Shown here: piece by piece, positions 47,288-61,264 of the stretch
Numbering within the stretch: the first letter of the stretch is position 1
How the letters are laid out: each line of letters opens with the position of its first letter
Assembly: GCF_028641065.1 (NCBI RefSeq)
Contig: NC_073394.1
Coordinates: 23,994,001 to 24,058,000, forward strand
Direction of reading: 5' to 3'
Origin: Leucoraja erinacea
Taxonomy: Eukaryota
Length of the DNA stretch: 64,000 bases
Made by a program: the position numbers and the translations under genes
The notes under the pieces: generated by a model
The model's input: the letters and a program-made list of their open reading frames with translations, nothing else
Told to the model about the DNA's origin: nothing
The model's database searches: none

Positions 47288-47540
47288 CTTCTTCGCCTGT
47301 CCGAGTACTGCAGTCAGACGCACGCTTCCGACACCCCTCTTTTAAGCAGCGCGTCACAATGCATCACGCATCGATCTGCATATTACGTCAGGGAGGTGCA
47401 TCCTGCCCTGTAACGCTGCAACAGGGAAGACGGTCGTGTCCGGAGTCACGTACTGTGGCGAAGGGGAAGTGGTTGGGTGAGGGGGAAAAAGTGCTTAGTA
47501 AAAAAATGGACAATGTAGTATTTGCATACACGTTCAGGGC
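47288..47540 (-). promoter_or_regulatory. Probable LDHA non-coding exon 1 (~47288-47315) and promoter
   Basis: AAG|GTAAGT donor at 47287; TATA-like CTTAAAAG 47339-47346; CRE-like TGACGTAA 47383-47390; RCGTG sites at 47365, 47447, 47529; local CpG enrichment. Confidence 0.7.
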
Positions 47541-49372
47541 AAATCGCCATAGAAAGATACTGGGTTAGAGGTGCATCCTTCACGGGGTTTGTCTAATTTT
47601 ACTAAACTGCCCAGAACATGATACCAAATAAACGGTATTGTATTGTATATTGTATTCTTAATAATGAATGAAAAGTCTGTCTTCGCCATCATTTTAAATG
47701 AATGGTCATTTGCACCAAAGATCCTATAGCGGATATTTGATTTGTACGGCCCTCCATCTTTACCCCAAGCAGTTTCCTCTGTGGCACGTAGAATTTCTAA
47801 TTCAAGTTGTTCTCTGTGCAATGTTTCATTTTCTACGTACCATGACGACGCGTTTTCAAATGGATTGCGCGCATTTACTTGGAATTTATAAAGCCAAAAT
47901 ATAGCGTAATTTGTTCCTAATAAATTACATTTGTGTGGCGCACTAAATCTACTAAACATCTCCTTCAAAAAAAGTATCAAACACGATTTCACATTGAAGA
48001 GATTAAAATAGGACAGCTTCCGAGTAAAAAATGTATAATGATATTGAGGTCGCGAAACCACTAAACACTGAAGAAAGATAATAATTGAAATTTGTGTGGG
48101 ATGGAGAGGTTTATTAAACTTAAAACGACGGAACGAATAACGTATGTTTGTCTCGGCAGTGATGCCTGGGGATTACGAGGTCAAATTACAAAGTAGAAAA
48201 AAAAACTGCAGATGCTGGTTGTAAATGTGATTTGGTTTAGATAAGGGAGGGCAGGGCGGTCATGACGAGAAGTGATTTCAGTAAGAATGGCGTAATTATA
48301 ATGGAAACTCGCTTTCCTTCTGGGTTATTTAAGTCAAGTTTTGTTGGCACGTCGATATTCCGGTGTGTAAAATACTCTGAAAATAATTCATATTGAGGTG
48401 ATTTAAAAAAATAATCACGAAGAGGAAATGTTTCAGCAAATGTTTATAGGTTTATCTAAATGATGTGGTTTTTATTTTAAACAAGGGGGTTTGGTCTCAA
48501 TTATTCTGGCTGCCAATTTACCAAATCATTTTGTCTTTAATTCTATTAATCAATGTAATAAGCGAGTTTGGTATTCTGACTGTGCATGCCCAAATCATAG
48601 GTCACTCACTATAAACATTCTCGGCGATGCTGTGTTGTGTGCTGGCTTGCGTTTCGTCCCTGGTCCGGGCACTATTGAGTTGCTGCTACCGAACTAGCTT
48701 ATTTGCAATCCTCCATCAAACCTACCAGGAGGAGAAAAACACTGCGAGAGCCTACAGTAAAAGCCTTCACTACGGCATTACACCATTACCTTCCTTCTCT
48801 CTTTCAGACTTCAATTACTACACCTTTAAAATTCTGGTTCCTCGTCAATTCTGCCCCTGCTAATTTGACATTAAATTTGGAAAGATATTTATTGGGACTA
48901 TAGTCGTTCTGGTAATATTCACTCTTTTGTTGTCACCTCCATACTTTTATAACTGCCTGTAATGGAAACATAGAAATTGAGTTTTGATATTTTGTGAAAT
49001 TTCCGAGACTACTAATTCTCAACTGCAGTACATCACCTAATTCCACCTTTGCTACAATTCAGCTGCTAAAACCTATTTATTGCACTAAGATTAGACTGGC
49101 CTTCCAAAGTATTGAATGGCCCCCTATTTAGCAGGCTATTCAATACACTGCTGCCCTTATTCTAGTTTATAACAACCAGGTTGGTTCAGCATTAAACAAT
49201 GTATTGATTTTAAGTTCTTGTGTTTTGTTTTCAAAATATTTCATAACCTCTCATGTGTGATCTCCTCTGGGCCTATATTTGAGACAGCATCCCTAGATTA
49301 AATTGCTCTAACATGGTGACTGAGCCTTTAGCTAACAAAGCCCAATCTATCAAAATACCCACCTCAATCCTT

Positions 49373-51050
49373 CGTAGGTAGACAAAAATGCTGGAGAAAC
49401 TCAGCGGGTGAGGCAGCATCAAGAAGAGGGAAGAAGAAAAGAAGAGGCGGAGACAGTGGGCTGTGAGGGAGCTGGGAAGGGGAGGGGAAAGAGGAAGAAA
49501 GCAGGGACTACCTGAAATTGAAGAAGTCAATGTTCATACCGCTGGGGTGTAAACTACCTAAGCGAAATGAGGTGCTGTTCCTCCAATTTACGATGGGCCT
49601 CACTCTGGCCATGGAGGAGGCACAGGACAGAAAGGTCGGATTCAGAATGGGAGGGGGAGTTGAAGTGCTGAGCCACCAGGAGACCAGGTTGGTTATTGCG
49701 GACCGAGCGGAGGTGTTGGGCAAAGCGATCGCCAAGCCTACGCTTGGGTCTCACCGATGTAGAGCAGCTGACACGAAGAACAGCGGATGCAATAGATGAG
49801 GTTGGAGAAGGTGCAGGTGAATCTCTGCCGCACCTGGAAAGACTGCTTAGGTCCTTGGATGGAGTCACGGGAGGAGGTAAAGCGACAAGTGTAGCATTTC
49901 CTGCGGTTACAAGGCAAAATACCAGGAGCGGGGGTGGGAAGGAACAAATTGACCAGGGAGTTATGGAGGGAGCGGTCTCTGTGGAGGGGAGATGGGAAGA
50001 TGTAGCCAGTGGTGAGATCCAATTGGAGGTGAGGAAAATGTCGGAGGATTATCTGTTGTATTGTGACGGCTGATAGGGTGGAAGGTGAGGACAAGGGGAA
50101 CTCTGCCCTTGTTACGAGTGAGGGGATGGGAAGTGAGAGCAGAGTTAATGGGTATAGAAGAGACCCGGGTGAGAGCATAATCTATAGTAGAAGAGGGGAA
50201 CCCCCTCCCCCCGTTCCCTAAAGAATGAGAACATCTCCGATGCCCTGGTTTGGAACACCTCATCCTGGGTGCAGATGTGGCGTAGACGGAGGAATTGGGA
50301 GTAGGGGATGGAGTCCTTACAGGAAGCAGGGTGGGATGTAGTTTAGTCCAGATAGCCATGGGAGTCAGTGGGTTTATAGTAGATGTCGGTCAGTAGTCTG
50401 TCAACTGCGATGGAGATAGTGAAGTCTAGAAACGGAAGGGAGATGTCGGAAATGGTCCAGGGGTATTTGAGTGCCGGTTGGAAATTAGTGGTGAAATGGA
50501 TGAAGTCAGTGAGTTCTGCATGGGTGCAGGTAGTACCAATGCAGTCTTCGATGTAGCGGACGTAGAATTCGGGGATAGGGCCACGGTACACTTCGAACAA
50601 GTGTTCGACGTACCCTATAAAGAGGCAAGCATAGCTTGGGCCCATGCGCGTGCCCGTAGCTATGCCTTGGATTTGGAGGAAATGAGAGGAGTCAATCTAA
50701 AAGTTGTTAAGGGTAAGGACCAGCTCCACTAGGTGGAGGAGAGTATCGGTAGACGGGGGTTGGCTGGTTCAACGGTCGAGGAAGAAACGGAGGGCTTTAA
50801 GACACTCCTAGTTGGGGATGGAGGTGTAGGGTGACTGGACCCATGGTGAAGATGAGGGAATGGGGGCCTGGAAAACGCAAGTCATGGTGGAGACGACGAG
50901 TGTGTGAGGTGTCATGAACATAGGTAGGGAGGGATTTAACCAGGGGGGATAGGATGGAGTCAAGTTATGTGGAAATAAGTTCGGTGGGACACGAACAAGT
51001 AGATATAATGGGTCTGCCAGGACAGTCAGTTTGTGGATTTTCAATCCTTC
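49373..51050 (-). mobile_element. Penelope-like retroelement (RT + GIY-YIG endonuclease), frameshifted
   Basis: ORF pieces MGPSYACLFIGYVE...RYIEDCIG...PFLD...YYKPTDSH (RT) and FTCTFSNLIYCIRC...LYIGET / RRLGDRFAQHLRSV...VAQHFN (GIY-YIG). Confidence 0.92.
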
Positions 51051-51469
51051 CATCTCTTTGGGTCTTGCTCCTAGATTAAGATTTTTTTTGCTGCATTTAA
51101 GTAGTATTTTTAGGTCACAGGTGTCTAAACGTAGAGATAGGAGTCTGCTCCCTGGGTAATTATGGTACAAAGTTCTGGTTTCACAAACTGATGCATTAAT
51201 CAAAATTGAGCAACAATAAATTGCATTTACATGGCCTATTCAAAAAAAGCACTTCTGAGATCAACGTAAGGGCATCATAGAACAAATGTTTGACACAAAA
51301 AGCTGGAGTAACTTAGCGGGTGAGACAGTATCTCCTGTCTATCTTTGGTTTAAACCAGCATCTGTAGTTCCTCTTACACATTGAATAAATGTTAATGCCC
51401 AAAAGGAGATATGGGTTGTTAGTAAGTTTGCAGACAACACCACAATTAGTGGAACTGTGAGAAAGGCTG

Positions 51470-53637
51470 TTTTAGGCTGTTTTATTGTCATGTGTCCCAG
51501 ATAGGACAATGAAATTCTTACTTGCTGCAGCACAACAGAATATGTAAACGTAATACAGAACAGGAGATAAAAGTTCAGTGTGTCTATATACCATAAACCA
51601 TATATATATATATATATACACAATAAATAAACATATAAAGTGCAATAGTAATAATAGATTGTTATTGTTCAGAGCTTGTTTGATGTTGTGTTTAATAACC
51701 TGATGGCTGTGGGGAAGAAGTTGTTCCTGAACCTGGATTTTCCTGATTTCAAGCTCCTGTACCTTCTTCCCAATGGCAAAGGAGAGATGAGTGTGTGGCC
51801 AGGTTGGTGTGGGTCTTTGATGATGTTGGCAGCCTTTTTGAGGCAGCGACTGCGATAGATCCCTTCGATGGTGGGGAGGTCAGAGCCGATGATGGACTGG
51901 GCAGTGGTCACAACTTACTGCATTTCTTTCCGCTCCTGGGCGCTCAAGTTGCTGAACCAAGCCACGATGCAGCCTTTCATTATGCTCTCTACTGTGCACC
52001 TGTAGAAGTTCGAGAGAGTCCTCCTGATGTGCCTTCTTTATAATTGCACCAGTGTGCTGGGACCAGGAAAGATCTTCGGAAATATGCACGTTCAGGAATT
52101 TGATGTTTTTGACCCTTTCCACCATTGATATAAATGGGATTGTGGGTCCCTATCTTACCCCTTCCAAAGTCCACAATCAGTTCCTTGGTTTTGCTGGTGT
52201 TGAGAGCCAGGGTATTGTGCTGGCACCATTTGGTCAATCGGTCGATCTCACTTCTATACTCTGACATCAGTGATTCATCCCACAACAGTGGTGTCGTCGG
52301 CGAACTTGATGATGGAGTTCGTTCTATGTCCGGCTACACAGTCATGAGTATAGAGTGAGTACAGCAGGGGGCTGAGCTCGCAGCCTTGAGGTGCTCCTGT
52401 GCTGATTGTTATCGAGGATGACACATTTCCACCAATATGGACAGACTGTGGTCTGTGGATGAGGAAGTCGAGGATCCAATTGCAAAGGGATGCGCAGAGA
52501 CCCAGATCCGTGAGCTTGGTAACCAGCTTGGAGGGGATGATGGTATTAAACGCCGAGCTGTAGTCTATGAACAACAGCCTGATATATGAGTTTTTGTTGT
52601 CCAAGTGGTCCAGAGTGGAGTGGAGTGCCAGTGAGATTGCCTGTTGTGGCGGTAAGCGAACTGCAATGGGTCGAGGTTCTTGTCGAGGTAGGAGTTGATA
52701 TGTGCCATAATCAACCTCTCAAAGCACTTCATCACCACAGACGTTAGTGCCACTGGTCAATAGTCATTGAGGCACGTCACCTTGCTCTGTTTGGGCACCA
52801 GTATTATTGATGCCCTTTTAAAGCAGGTGGGAACCACAGACCTCAGAAGTGAGAGGTTGAAAATGTCTGTAAAAACTCTAGCCAGTGGGGCTGCACAAGT
52901 TTTGAGAACACGACCGGGTATACCATCAGGTCCAGGCACTTTCCGAGGGTTCACCCCTGTGAAGGATCTTCTGACGTCGGCCTCTGTGACTGTAACTGAA
53001 ATACCATCACAGCAAATGGAGGCTCGGGAAGGCACGTCAGTGTTCTCTCTATAAAAGCGTGCGTAGAACGCGTTGAGCTGATTTTGCCTTGTAGGAGGTG
53101 ATGGCATTCAAGCCCCGCCACAATTGCCGAATATATCCGTCTCATCCTCCAGCTTGGAGCAGAAGTCCCTTTTGGCCTTTTTGATGGCCTTACCAAGGTC
53201 ATATCTGGACTTCTTGTAGACCTCTGCATCTCCAGACCTGAATTCCCAGGATCTGTTCTTCAGAAGAATGCGGATCTCATGGTTCATCAGTGTGCTGGGA
53301 CCAGGTTAGGAAACACTCTGAAAGTTATTGTTGGGACGCAGTCCTCCACATATTTCCTAATGAAGTCTGTAACTACTGTGGCGTATTCATTCAGGTCCAT
53401 TGCCGAGTCCTTGAACATTGCCCAGTCTACAGATTCCAAGTAGTCCTGGAGAGTTGTTCCTCTGCCTCCACCGACCAGCTCTGTGCAGACCTCACCTCCG
53501 AGGGTGCTCTCTTCAATTACTGCCTGTAGACAGGAAGAACCAACACTGCAGTATGATCGGATTTACCAAAGTGAGGGCGAGGGATAGGGCGATAGGCATC
53601 CTTGATGGTCATGTAGCAGTGGTCGAGGGTGTTTGAA
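51470..53637 (-). mobile_element. Rex1/Babar-clade LINE, decayed ORF2 (EN C-terminus + RT)
   Basis: [49 protein letters not shown] and HFGKSDH motifs across frameshifted ORFs. Confidence 0.9.
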
Positions 53638-53649
53638 GTGGTAGATGAA

Positions 53650-54022
53650 GTATAATGCGAGCAAGTGTGAAGTGTTGCATTTGAAGCATTGCTTGCAGTT
53701 CTCGTCATCCCATTACAGAAAGGATATAGAGGCTTTGGACCAGAATGAAAATATCAAAGACTGGAGGGCATATCTTAAAGGTGAGATGAAAGGTTTAAAT
53801 GAGATTTGCGGGACAAGTTTATAAATACAAAGAGTGTTAGATGCCTGGAACCCTTTACCACTATGGTATCGGCTTTGAAAGCAAACACAATTGTGGTGTT
53901 TACGATGTTTTTAGATTGCACACGCAGGGAATGGAAGTTTATATGCACTCAGAGGAGGTTAATTTATCTTGACATCATGTTCGGCACTGACATTGTGGGC
54001 TGAAGAGCCTGATCCTATGCTG
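53650..54022 (+). mobile_element. Degenerate CR1 3' fragment
   Basis: aagtgtgaagtgttgcatttg...ggcactgacattgtgggctgaagagcctg; appears to continue the CR1 piece at ~51400-51470. Confidence 0.55.
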
Positions 54023-55319
54023 TAGATAGACACAAAAAGCTGGCTGTCCTTTATTCTATTAGAGCAGAGGACTAAAAGCTTTGTAAAAACAAAATTATTT
54101 GGATGTAGTTCTGAAAACTAAATTTCAATTGTGTAACCTATTCAAAATCTATAGCAATTGCATTGTGAGTGCATCAAACGTAATATTCAAAGTTTGCTGA
54201 TTGCACTTAACAAAAGTAGGAACACGAGAAGTGATAAGGGTACACAAGAGACTTTCAAACAATAACAGACATACCAAGTAAGTGTGCAACAACACAGTAG
54301 ATGGGGAACAATGTGAAAATGAGTTTTTTAGTTTAAAAAAAACTAGAAATGCTATTTTTTATAATGTGAAATGTTGACTTCACCAAAATTATATACGGTA
54401 GTTTATTACGTCAACACTTAAAATGTTGTTTCCAATATTGGTCCTCAAAATATACTTTCTATAGAGGGAGTGCAATGACGATTATTAGACTGTAGATACA
54501 AGGACCTACAGATGACACAAATTGCTGGAGTAACTCAGTGGGGCAGGCAGCACCTCTGGAGAACATAGTGACGTTCCGGGTCAGGTCCCTTCTCCAGACT
54601 GCAGGAGTGGCAGAGTCACATATAGTGAGGTAAGACTCAACATCTCTTCATAGTTCAGAATTATAGGAAATGTCCTAATTGAAATACACACAATTCTTGT
54701 AGGACTTGACAGGATAATAGGGAATTGGCGGGAATAGGATTCTTCTGGTGAAGAGATCCAGAACAAAAAGTCTCATTCAAAAAATAGCATAGGCCATATA
54801 GAATGAAAATAAGGAGATAATTCTTCAATCGGAGGCTCTGATTTTTCATACTTTTCTACCTCCGAAGGATATAGAGGCTTGGAGACTGAATTACTTCAGG
54901 ACATATTTCTGGATAGGTGGAAAACAAAAATCGAGGCACTTTGGAATAAAACAGCAAAGTAATATTTGAACCTCATCACTTATGATATTATTGAATAGCA
55001 GACCAGGCTGGAGGGAATGAATTGCCTATTTGAGTAGTAGTGTTTTATTGTCATATGACCTGAAAAGAAACAATAAAATTCTAACTCGCATTCCTTCTAT
55101 TTTTATCTAAAACCATGATCATTTTAAAATAGTATCCATGGAATGGAATGCATTCAAGACCCATGCCTGGTTGCAATGCACCCACTGAACTTGATGCATT
55201 ATCTCCTTTACAGGTCTCTCAACCATCATATCAGTTAAACCAGTTTTTTTTTTGCAAACAAAAATTTTCCTTGTAAATGATCACATATCCTTTTGTCTTT
55301 TGTTTTCTAATTGGTAAAT

Positions 55320-56505
55320 GACGGCAGCACAATGTTAAGAATTAAAATCTCTGAGACTGTCACAAAATTGTGCTGTTTGTGTGGAGTGACCGCGTGGTTT
55401 TCCTCCAGGAACTCTGGTTACCTCCCACATCCCAAAGACATGTGTTTCTACGTATATTGACCTCTGTAAAAATTATTCCTAGTGTGTAGGGAGTAGATGA
55501 TACAATGGAATAACATAATAAGTGTGAATGGGCGATCGATGATCAGTGTGGGGAGACAAAAATGCTGGAGAAACCATGTTGGGTGAAGCGATCGGCAAGC
55601 CTGCGCTTGTTCTCACCGATGTAGAGCAGTAGATGAGGTTGGAGGAGGTGCAGGTGAACCTCTGCCTCACCTGGAAAGACTGCTTGGGTCCTTGGATGAA
55701 GTCGAGGGGGGAGGTAAAGCGACAAGTGTAGTAGTTCCTGCGGTTGCAAGTGAAAGTACCAGGGGAGAGGGTGGTTTGAGTGGGAAGGGACAAATTGACC
55801 AGGGAGTTACCGAGGGAGCGGAACTGCGGAAAGCCGAAAAGGGAGGAGATGGGAAAATGTGGCCAGTGGTGGGATCCCGTTGGAGGTGGCGAAAATGTCG
55901 GAGGATTATCGCAGACCTCACTATCTCCATCGCAGGTAACAGACTACTGATCGACATCTACTAGAAACCCACTGACTCCCATGGCTATCTGGACTACACT
56001 TCTTCCCACCCTGCTTCCTGTAAGGACTCTATCCCCTACTCCCAATTCCTCCGTCTACACCGCATCTGCACCCAGGAAGAGGTGTTCCAAACCCGGGAAT
56101 CGGAGATGTCCTCATTCTTTAGTGAACGGGGATTCCCCTGTTCGACTCTAGATGAGGCTCTCACCAGGGTCTCCTCTATATCCCGTAACTCCGCTCTCAC
56201 TCCCCATCCCCCCCTACTCGTACCAAGGACAGAGGCCCCTCCTCTTGTCCTCACCTTCCACCCCATCAGCTGTTACATACAGCAGATAATCCTCTGACAT
56301 TTTCCACCCCCACATCAGTCTGAAGAAGGGTCTCGACCCAAAACATCGCCTATTCCTTCGCTCCATAGATGCTGCCTCACCCGCTGAGTTTTTCCAGCAT
56401 TTTTGTCTATCTTTGATTTTTCCAGCATCTGCAGTTCTTTCTTAACGATGATTAGTGTGGACTCGGTGGGCCAAAGTGCCTGTTCCATGCTATATCTCTA
56501 AACTC
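55320..56505 (+). mobile_element. V-SINE split by a Penelope insertion
   Basis: SINE body 55320-55551 resumes at 56446. Confidence 0.7.
55552..56445. mobile_element. Rearranged Penelope-like element with outward-facing termini
   Basis: GIY-YIG fragment on - (55575-55908), RT-linker fragment on + (55910-56305), terminus at both ends; 15-bp duplication CGATGATYAGTGTGG at 55537 and 56446. Confidence 0.85.
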
Positions 56506-58284
56506 TATAGCTATCCTCTTCACTGGTACTTCAATTGTCACAGCATTGAAGTGCAAATAATTTTCCTTTCTTTTCCTGGACTTAAAAACTGACCTCCATG
56601 GAGCACCATTCAAAAGCACAACTAGGTTTCAAAAACATTCATCCACCACCTGAAGGGGGAGAAATATTTATCTGGAGGCTTTGATGAGCTTCTGTCCTTT
56701 TCAATCTATGCCAAAACCCTCTCTGTGGTGATATGTTAATTGGTAATCAAATTATGCACAACAAAGTTCCATAAAAGACAAAGTGATACTGAGAATAAAG
56801 CCTTTTAGTGATCAATAAGAGGTCGGTGTTGGCTTGGGTACTGGGGGAGAACTCTCCCTCTCCTTAAAATAGAGCTGTGTGATATGTGTCTACATAAGAG
56901 ATGGGATGTCTGACTCAAATGCCAACACTTCTAAACACGTAATGCTCCTTGAGTACTTCAGTGGAGAGTCGGCCTAGATTTTATATTTTTTATTTAAACA
57001 TTTATACCATGGTGTCCCAACTTTTTAATAAGCTCCCTGTGGGACTGGCACAAATCTGCATTAAAATGTATTGTAGTTTCTTGATTAGCTCTCTGTTAAC
57101 TTTTATCAAATAATTCAATGGAATTAGTCAGATTAATGTTTTTTGATTAATCCATGATTTCCAATTGATCTTTTTTTGCTCTGATACAAGTTTTGAGTAA
57201 CTTCACTGCAACTTGTCTGTAGTTATCAGAATTAGTAATTTTCTCTTAAATAAAATCTCCATTGGTGATTCATCGTGGATCAAATGCTTCTTTTACTTGT
57301 AACTGGGATGAATTTCATCTGGATCAGCTGATTTACCTACTTTCAGTATGCTATTTCTTACATTCATTTTTTTTACTACACGTATATTGGGACACTTCAA
57401 ACCAAACAATTATATTAATTCTAATAACTATTATTATGGAACATTCTGCTTCCAGGAAATAATTTAATATTCCACACCCTCAAAATTATATCATAAATTA
57501 TATGGGGGAAGGAAATAGAGAAGAGGGTTCACGTTCAATAATCTTTGACCACCCACAGAACAACTTGACAAGGCTCTGACAATAAAGCGGGTCTTTGATC
57601 TAATGGAAGCTAGATGTAAAATTAATGATAAGCCTACTTATACCTCATCTGGACAATTGCCCATTTTTGAGTCATCTGCTCATTTTTAGAGAGGAATGCA
57701 TGATAAAGAAGCCGAGAAAAAAATATGAATGTAGGGATACTTCCGTTATGCTATGACTGATCAAGGTAGGATTGATCTCAGATCAAAGGACATTAAGGAG
57801 AAATTTAATGGCTTGGAAATCTTTAAGTGAATTTGAAAGATAAGGACAGAAAGCAGAGGGCACGTTTAAGGTGAATTACATTATATAAAGTCCCCCACTT
57901 CCTCCGTAGCTAATTGTAATTATTTGAAGCAGCGGTGAAATTAGTTCAGTGTAACTTTTCGTAAAAAATATAAGCATGAAAGTGAAAATTGTATTACTAT
58001 TGTGGAAAAGGGAGGCGAAATTGTTGAATATTTTATATTGTGCAATGAAATTTTAGCTAAAAGGCAAACCGCACCTAAAATCTGGTAGAAATGTATCCTT
58101 GACCCGAGACATCGGCTGCTTCCCTCTCCACTGGTGCTGTTTGACCAACAATTCCTCTCACTGTCGGATCTCAGCCTCTGAAATGTTTCTTGCCCTCGAC
58201 TTGTTATTTGCTTTCGGATTGCTCATTTTTCCTCACCTAATTCCACATGGAAGCGTCTATTGTTTATAAACGATATTTTTAAAC

Positions 58285-58700
58285 AGGAGCGGAAGGCAAA
58301 CTGTCAACGCCGTACTGCGGCACCGTCAGCTACTTAATTTAGCCCCGGGCCTGAGGTTGGTTCCCGGAAGTGAAGGCCGCGCTCCGCTCCTGAGCCGGGG
58401 TCCTGTCGCGCATGCTTCACCGCCGGTCACGTGTCCCGAGGCGGCGGTAGCCGCCGCTAGGAACCTTTGTGCGCGGCCCAATTGTGTGGGTGCATAGTTC
58501 CGGGGGGTGGGGGTCCGGAGAGACGCAAAGGTGATGTTGATGGTGGGTGTCAGATAAGTTGTAGTCGAGTTTGGAACCAGAGCCTGAAAGGAACAAGCGT
58601 TAGGAGGTAAGCAAGGACGAGACCTGGGGCAAGCTGGGCAGGATTGATCTTGTGCAGAGTGGGCTTGCAGCAATGTGCCGGTGAGTGCTCGCTGTACACC
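58285..58700 (+). promoter_or_regulatory. CpG-island promoter / probable first exon of an unidentified gene
   Basis: CpG rich; CCGGAAGTG 58364; GCGCATGC 58408; GTCACGTG 58426; + strand donors GAG|GTAAGC (58607) and CCG|GTGAGT (58681). Confidence 0.55.
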
Positions 58701-61264
58701 ACACACACCAGTTTGTCAGGGTAGAAGATGCACCCACTGCGTGTACGTGGGACACATTATATATATATATATATATACATATGCGTGTGCAATAACCGTG
58801 CCAATATATCCAAGATGGTGTCTACATCTAATAGTGTCGACACCCGGATCGTGTGCAGTAAAATATATAAGCATAAATTGTTGGAAGCACCAGGCAGCAT
58901 GTATGAAAGAGAAACTGAGTTAACGTCTCGGGGCAAAGACCATTCGTTTGAACTATTCTTCGATTTGAAACATTACCTTTTCCCTTTCCAGCGATACTGC
59001 CTGAATTAACGAGTGCTCCCAACATTTTCTGTTATTATATCATCTGCTTTCGATTTCACTGTTTGTCTAATATAGATCCCAAACATTGCGTGCATATAAA
59101 ATAATGCCTGTACTCTTGGGATAGAATGTAACTAGTAATGTCACATAGCAGGCTGTCGATCTAACACTTTGCGGGATGTTTTCAGAATATAAACATCAAG
59201 CATTTGTTGGCTTGTTGACCGTGAAAATCTATAGGTGTGCCAATATTCAAACGGCAGGAACACTGCACATCACTGAAATGCCAATGACAACAGTGCAGAA
59301 TTAACAAAAAAACACGATATTACAAATGCTGGAAATCTGAAATAGAAAATGCAGTTGGCAGAAGAAAAAGCAGCTAGTATCAGTGGAAAGGTAAAAGAAG
59401 ATAAAGCTATTTTTAAGGTGCAGTAAGTAAGGCAAGGAGATCATGGAATCCTGTGATAGGAAATAAAAGCAGAAGTAAATGACAAAAGGGATATGACAAT
59501 ACAAAGTGAAATGGGGATTAATCAGTAAATTTGATTTGGAAATTATTGTAAAAGGGAGAAGTAGAATAATTGTATGACAATACAAAGAGGAAAAGAGCAA
59601 TGTTGATTATTTGAAATTATTAAAAGATGTTGATTCCAGAGGTAATGATGTGCACAGTGGTTAGATGCGCTTTGCTTCATAAGTTTCATTAGAACATGAT
59701 GAGTACAAGGCGAGAGTGGGAAAAGGAGTGAGAGGGAAGATTCAAGCAACATGCAGCTGAAACCTTGGTCATATTTGTGAATTGGCAGTGGTGGTTCCTA
59801 GACCGATCCATGTTTTCATTTATGCTTGCTATCTGAACAGAAATTGAAATATTAATTGGAGGAGCTTGGTGACTGAATCTTTTGAAGTTAATTAAATGTT
59901 TAGAGCTATCAGCGTAGGGAAGGGAGAAGACATAGCACAAGTTGAAGCTTTTCTTGCAGTTGTACGTTGTGAACATGGAAGAGTGAAATGGAGAGTACGA
60001 GAGGTTGGGGGAAGGGAAGTAGGTAATACTTCAGAACCTGAAAGGAGAGAAAAAGGAAAGATTGCCTTTTTGGAATAATCTACTATTCTTGTCCACTCTG
60101 TCCTTTGATACCAGACCCAGCAATGTGGTTGATTCATAAATGCTTCTTCAGCCAATAAGACGGACAATAAATGTCAGCAGTACCTGTGATGTTCTTTGTA
60201 AGTAACAAATGAAGAAAACGCTCTGGTGGCATGATTTTGAAGGTGTCAATTGAATGCTGCTGTGGTAGCAGGTGGCCACAATCCTTGTTTTGGGTTGGAG
60301 TGGAAAAAGGGAGACCAAGATTGCAGGAAATAGGATGTAGAAACAACTAACTGCCAAATATGGACACAAAATGTTGGAGTAACTCAGCGGGACAAGCAGC
60401 ATCATTGAAGAGAAGGAATGAGTGACGATTCGGGTCGAGACCCTTCAGACTGCTGGTTTACACAAAAAGACACTGGAGTAATTCAGTGGGTCAGGCAGCA
60501 TCTCTGGAGAATGTGGATAGATGACGTTTCGGGTCGGGATTCTTCTTTAGACAGACAAAGTTTGAAGAAGGGTCCCGACCTGAAACATCAGCTATCCGTG
60601 CAGGAGACAGGGCAGCTGTGGTTGAGGTCCCTGACAACTGTGGTGATGAAGCTGCAGCTAAAGAAAACAGACCATGAATTGGAATTACTTTTGTGTAAAA
60701 AAAAAAAAGTATAGAAAGTATTTAGCCTAGATGAATCTCAGCCTGGTATGGCATTGTTCTGCTCTTGACCACTTGAACCAGCATGAGTGCAACTGTAACT
60801 AAGAGAATGGATTGGAGTCTGTAAAGTAACCAGGATGAGTCGATGGCGCTTTTCTACTGAATGGCTTTTGGCAAACCGACTGTTGACAGTATGAAAATGA
60901 TATCCAGTGCATTAGCAAGAACGCTCAAAGTAACATCATCATACGAAATGGAGGCACTAATAGGCAATTTGGCCTGTCATTTCTGCTCCATTATTTAATA
61001 AAGTGACACTGACAGTTTCCATACAACCAGTTCTTACACTAACTTTGCCTTAACCTTATTTCTCTTGATACACTTAATCTTTCAATCTCTCCCTTCACTG
61101 CCTATTTCAGTAGTAAATTCTAAAGATTCATTGACCTTATGAAGATTCTCCGTGTCTTTCCTGAGAGGGCAGTCCCTTGTAAAGTTCAAGCCCCTGATTC
61201 TGGACACTTAAGTTAGAGAAATCATTGTCTCTGAATTCACCTTGTCCCTACACCTCCTCTCTCA

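Noticed and set aside
47059-48061. 169-aa and 175-aa ORFs over the LDHA promoter
   Set aside because: No recognisable domain; they overlap promoter sequence and are most likely chance ORFs.
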